DNA from: Klebsormidium nitens
Lineage: Eukaryota; Plantae; Klebsormidiophyceae
Assembly: GCA_000708835.1 (NCBI GenBank)
Contig: DF236993.1
Coordinates: 62,001 to 126,000, forward strand
Reading direction: 5' to 3'
Length of the DNA stretch: 64,000 bases
Shown: one piece after another, positions 58,801 through 64,000 of the stretch
Position numbering within the stretch: position 1 is the first letter of the stretch
How the letters are laid out: each line of letters opens with the position of its first letter
The notes under the pieces: generated by a model
Told to the model about the DNA's origin: nothing
Databases searched by the model: none
The model's input: the letters and a program-made list of their open reading frames with translations, nothing else
Translations under genes and position numbers: made by a program

Positions 58801-60109
58801 TTGGTTTGATCTGGGACCTAGCTTTTAGGAAGTTGGTGATACTTGGGACCCAGATGAAGATAGGGGGCGAAAAGGAACACTGCAACTGTGTAGGTCGACG
58901 AATCTGCCAGGGATCCTGGAGGAGGTTCTGGTGCGAAACTCTCAGTCTAGGACACAATGTTTCCAAAGCAAACCTTCGAACAGAGGTAGGCGCTCCAAGC
59001 CTGCGCGCTACTTGTGAGGCCAACTCGATCGGGTAAGACGCTTGATTCCTGATCGAAGGTATCCCTCGTTGCTGATTGCTTGCACGCCTTCCCTTTCTTC
59101 CACACAGAAAAAAGAAGGCCAACGTGGGCCAAGATCAAGATCGCGACTGATTGCTTCCACTCGTTTCCTCCGGTACAGGAGGGCGTGGTTTCAGTGGAGG
59201 TTGACGACTTTGACCGGTTGCAGCGATCCGTGTTCCGGTCGTTCCGCACCTTTCCGCTGCGGGTGCTGGACCCTCCCACCGCCAAGAAAAAGCGCTACCA
59301 AATGCCCCAAGAGTTCACCCGCAACGACAGGTTAGTCGCAGGACGTTTGTGACCGAAATCTAGTTTTGTAAGGCTCGCTTGATTGACATGGCCCTGGCTG
59401 TCCTGTCGCGTTGCTGAGTTGCATTTTCCCTTGGTCGGAGTGTCTCTGCAGCGTCTTTCCTGCTTCTTTATTTCTCTTCGCCTCACGTTGAACTGCACAA
59501 AGGGCTGATTGCGAGTTGGGGTTCGACTCTCTTGCGGTTCTTGTCCTTCTGTTTCCTCGAGGTTGTTTACTTGCGATAGCCACGGCAGCTCTTGCGAGTC
59601 AAAAGTTCGAAGAGGTTCTGTCAATAAGAAAGTGAAACGAGAAATTGAAACGATGTCTTGTACGTGCGACACAGATCAAGCCTTTGGGTCCTTTCCCTGT
59701 CGAGGCGGATTTGTTAGGCCTCGCTTCGTTTTGCGTGCTGACATCTGCTTTCTAAAAGACAAGGGTATCCTTGCTAGCCTCCTTCCTTTGTTCGCTGCCC
59801 AGGACCAAATGCTAACCCTCTCGTTAACCCTCTTCTTGACTCAGGTCCGAAGCACGTGGCCCCTTCCGCTTCGAGCTGCACACGGACCAGTACCCCCTCC
59901 GGCTTACGGTCTCCTTCACGTACGTCATCCGAGCCTCCGGTTTCGGAGTCGCCCCCACCCTTCCAGTGCTCCCTGCCCCCCCCCCGCAACTCCTGCTAAC
60001 CGCACCCCCCCAGAAAAAGAAATCGTCCAGTTCGTCGAAAAAGAAGCCGGGGATGCCGCCCATGGCAAAGCTGCTGGGGGAGTTGTCGTGCAGTTTGATT
60101 GAGGTTTAG
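55900..60109 (+). CDS. BAH-domain-like protein (divergent; possible chromatin reader) with basic/Pro-rich C-terminus
   Basis: Exons 55900-56452, 57784-58028 (57909-57977 may be a small in-frame intron), about 58095-58133 (uncertain), 58569-58712, 59179-59330, 59845-60109. RREVLYTTATKVFPASAIV|GPCEVFYQ...RRFLCRYIV resembles the C-terminal half of a BAH domain (REL-x(n)-P-x-x-x-I-x-GxCxV...FxCRY). Exons are GC3-rich and bounded by GT-AG. Confidence 0.55.
58137..58224. repeat. 46-bp tandem duplication (2 copies)
   Basis: GACTAGAT(C/T)CTTCCTTTGGATCTTCATG(C/T)TGCAGACATCTG at 58137 and 58183. Confidence 0.95.
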
Positions 60110-61509
60110 CGTGGTTAAGTCTTGATTGAGTGCCGGTTAGCAACCGGTCAAGTGTTGGTGTACCGCGGGTCACATCATTCTAGACGTTTTGCTGCGCTTA
60201 AATTTGTCAAGAAGGGGGGAAATGTGGTGCTCATGAGAGCACTTTGCATGTCAAAGTTTCAGAATCTGGTCTGCCCCGACGAAGAGTGAATAGGGCCGTT
60301 GGAAGAGTCTAGCTCGTCGATTTGACACTAGTAGCATGCTATTTTCATTTGGAATTTGAGATTTGGGATCTGACGTCCAACCAACGATAAGGTAAAGTCA
60401 TGGTACATGGAGGTTAAGATGGGATGAGGACTCTTTTGCTTCTGTGGAGCTGTACAAGTTACCGAAAAACCAGATGTAGAGTCTCGTGTCAAGTCCGACC
60501 AATCTGTAAACTAGGTATCCTTGTATTGGATCTGCGGTGAAAGCCGCTAGTTTCGTTCATTTCGATTTATTTGTCCAAGAGCCGTCATCAAAGGCTATTG
60601 CAACGAATCTTTGTCGGCTATCCAATTACGTTCATTCATGTCCACGTTAATGTCTCTGAGTGTGTCCGCAACTTGCGCGGGCCGGTCCGTGAGGGCCGGT
60701 GACAGCAACTTAAGGAACTACAGCACCTGGCCAGCGCTATGTCATCCGATTGGCACTTAGAGTAGAATTTACAGATACGTTATGAGTAGTTTCTGATGAC
60801 GGGCAGTGGCTAAGACCAATTATTCGCGCCAAGAGCCACAACAATCGGGTAACGCGATTTTTGTGTCTTGTCTCTATGCCGTAATGATGACCAATTCTCA
60901 TGCAACTTCGTAGCTAAGACTGTCGATCGGCTGCAAAATTCAATTCATCTAGCAGGCGGCGCGCCGCGTGGCAACGCAGACGGGAAGAATGTTAAAGGTG
61001 AAACAATATGCCGTATGTGTAGCATAAAATCGAGTCTGGAAAGTAGGCTATAAATGTTGCAACGATCAAAATCGGTACACTGGATGGTGACGGGGAGGAT
61101 GCATGCCGCATCAAAGGGGTGTGCAAAAAGTTAGAGGTGAAGCGGAGCCTGCCTGGGCTCCCTGTCCGGGCGACGCAAAAAGGGGATGGGTTCGTCACGA
61201 GGACTTCCCGGAAGGTCACCCATTCCGGTACTAGGTATTCTCGCCCACAGGCGTTTAGCTTCGGAGGTCTGATGGGATCCGGCGCAATAGCCTAGGTATG
61301 AACGAACCACGCCTTGGAAGTTGGAGCTTGCATGGCCACTGCAGCCTCAGGAGGCCAGTGGAGGCTGGAGCACTAAGACTTACAGGGTCCTAGGCGCTTC
61401 AGCTTGGATTTATCAGGTATCAGCTTCAAAACGCCCCAGCCTTCTTGAAAGCAGTCTAGACCATGTAACACGCGACAGCATTGCCCTAGCGTTGGCTGCT
61501 CCGCCCAAA

Positions 61510-63342
61510 ATGGGTGATATTTTGGACCCAGACTTCAACGAGGTGGCGTTTGGGGATGACAGCAAGCACACGTGGCATGCTACGCCCGTGCTTGATCCGG
61601 GCCTTTCGCACTACCACTTTGGGCCATTCCCTGAGATCGAGGCGCCACTCTTGCAAGGTGCGTGGTTGGTGTTCGCGGTGGTCTGAGGTGTAGGCTGCGA
61701 ACTGTCCAACAGTAGCTGTCGGTTGGTGATGTGCACAAAAAGTAGAGGTCTGACGGTGCGTTCTGGCTAGGATCAGCTGGTTGATTGTTAAGTTCATGCA
61801 AGGGGGAAGAGCTCGGCGTGGCGGCAATTGTGGGGAAACCATTCATGCATGAATGTAGAGTTCGATCTGAAGCAGCAGGCTTGATCAGAAGTGGTGCTAT
61901 CTGTAATGTGGTCCTTTGAAAGGAGTCTCTCAGCTGCAATCAAAAACAGAAAGCACGACTTGACGGTTGAACAAACAAAGCACATGCGCTGCTGCATGAA
62001 ACGCGTTCGTTTCACTTGAATGGCACACAGCGTTTGGAAGCTCGACACTGAGTTGTATTGAAGGAGCTGTCTGTATGTTTATTCGGACTCAGGAGCCCTA
62101 TCAGAAGCGGGCGCACCTGAGTCCCGCAGTCAAATACAAGTCTTGATCGCCCTCTGATTCAACCATGACATTGCGGAACCAGCTTACTTCAAACATAGTT
62201 GTGAAACATAGTTCTGGTTGATGCTGGCAGTCTTTGCATTCTGTGTCCAGTCCTCAGAAAGGAGATTGAGTGAGCAGCTCATAAGGTTTGACGTCTCCGT
62301 GACCAACTTTGGCTGCGAATTGTCATTGTGTCTTTGACACCTCAGAGAGCTCCTTCTATCTTCGTCGAGTTTTGCCTACTTGTTGAACCTTGGTCCACCT
62401 AAGCCGCACAGAGGAGGGACACTTTCCGTTGCATGCAGAAATGTTATTTGCTGCTTTTAAAGCAGAGCAGGAATCATCTGAATCAGGACGTCCTCAAGTC
62501 AGACAATCTGCCATGGGATGCTTTAAGAGCTCCGGGGTCATACTCAACTTTTTAAGGGCCCTGAAGTATTGTGATCATGGGCCTTTTGTGAGGCGGCGCA
62601 CTGAGGTTCTGAAGTGGTATACATCGCTGCAGGAGAGCACATCTGATGCTTATGTGGAGGGGAGTCAGGCTGAATTGCACAGCTATGATCTTTCTAATGT
62701 TGGATCATCTTTCCGGACTCGCATTCACCATGCAACTCCCTTTGTTAACAACCTTTTTGCCTGCCAACTACTCCTCGATCACACAGTCTTCCAGATGATC
62801 GACACTCCAGACAAGTCAACCCGGCACTGGCCTGAGTGCCATCAGATCCATCTCGTAAAACCACCCCTCTCTGTACCTCTATCTACTGACTGGGCACGTT
62901 AGTAAATGCAATTTCCAGACACTTTTGCGATCGACAAGGTAGGAGAACCCATTGAATCTTTCGTCTTGGCAGAGGCCAGGCCGGAAATGGACCTTGAAAG
63001 TTGGAGGACATGAAAGTGAACTATTTTTGATCTTGTTGCGCAGTTTCAATCACGAATGAGATCCTCTTGCTTCTATATTCGGCAGGCGAAGTCCAGGATG
63101 TGCACTTTCCAAACCTCGAGGAGCGCCCCGACTTGCCTCAGGAGGGGGCCGGAGACCCAATGAGCCGGCGCGACGAGCGGGGGGTCCAGTTCGACATGGT
63201 CGATTCGATCATTCGAATTACGCTGTACAAAGCGCTGGTTCCTATAGTCCAGCTGGCGTTCGTCGGAAGACTTGGGGTGACGGCCCTCGCGGGGGCGTCG
63301 GTCGCGATGAGCGTCGCGAACCTGACGGGGTTTCTGACGATG
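61510..63342 (+). CDS. MATE (DTX) family efflux transporter, 5' exons only; gene continues beyond window
   Basis: Exon 61510-61657 (MGDILDPDF...EIEAPLLQ, phase 1) joins exon 63086-63342 ending LVPIVQLAFVGRLGVTALAGASVAMSVANLTGFLTM|GTGAGG. This matches the first MATE helices (FVGHLG..ELAGASLA.S.ANVTG). The first exon assignment is less certain. Confidence 0.8.
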
Positions 63343-64000
63343 GTGAGGAAAGTGTCCCGTTTTTGTCTTGCGAAAACGGGATGAGCTCCATTGAACGGCA
63401 TTCCGACGGTTCGTATTGGTGATGCTTTACCTGTTTGGGGAGATGTAACACAAAGAGCCCGTTGGAAATAAGATGTCTTGATCCCTGGTCCGTTCCATTG
63501 GTCGAAGCTGGCTGTCAGGGCTGTCGTAACCTGTGGTGGTCGTATATGGATCCGTTTCCTGGGGCACGTATACCGTACATCGAACGACCTATTCCCTTTC
63601 TGCTCGATACCGACAAATTCAGACCCATTTTGGAAAGGTTCCAGCGGATCTGTCACCTTTGCAGAGTCGCCATAGTTTCCAGGAAGCCCAAATCACGATC
63701 CCCCTAAGGTGGCCCTTAAGTGATCTATGAGAGTCCCCATCCGCTCCTTCTCCTCTGCCGTTTCTGACGCTTTTTGGCCCTCTGGACCTCTCAAGAAAAA
63801 GATTCCTTCACCTGCGCTTTTTCTCCGATCGCAAAATCCGGGATCAAATCTAAAAGCAAGGATCTGACAATTCAGTCTAGACTGCAGGCCGTCTTTGCAG
63901 GCACGATGGAGCGCATGGCCATCCAATCCTTCGGCCTTGGCGGAGGGAAACTGGTGGCCCTTCTGAACCAGAAACTCGTCAAACTCTCCCTCTCCCATTT

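Noticed and set aside
63470-63540. Possible decayed echo of the MATE exon 3' part in the following intron
   Set aside because: Similarity by eye is too weak to claim without an alignment statistic.

Overview
Eukaryotic nuclear DNA with many introns and GC-rich third codon positions, not prokaryotic. The gene set (plant-type BADC, plant transaldolase-like protein, SIAMESE-RELATED-like ORF, hnRNP-Q-like protein) points to a streptophyte green alga, Klebsormidium-like; this is inference. The single-ORF track is mostly uninformative, so genes were rebuilt by hand from GT/GC-AG boundaries and reading phase. In order: a GBP-like GTPase pseudogene fragment (-, runs off the left edge); a GBP/atlastin-like GTPase gene with two frameshifts (+); an FAD monooxygenase of the kynurenine-3-monooxygenase-like type (-); a 9-exon alpha/beta-hydrolase-like gene (+); an SMR-like CDK-inhibitor ORF (-) with a TA-flanked MITE upstream; an hnRNP Q/R-like 3-RRM gene (-); BADC (-); a transaldolase-like gene whose Schiff-base Lys is Arg (+); RBM18 (-); an orphan gene split by nested hAT elements (+); a BAH-domain-like gene (+); and the 5' part of a MATE transporter (+). 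The most striking unexplained structure is a recurring pattern. At least 6 (probably 7) exon/intron junctions in 3-4 unrelated genes are tandemly duplicated 2-8 times into the neighbouring intron, in units of about 85-220 bp (often about 150-170 bp). The copies are diverged, but most keep the AG or GT, and some could act as in-frame cassette or extension exons. No rRNA, tRNA or CRISPR array was recognised.
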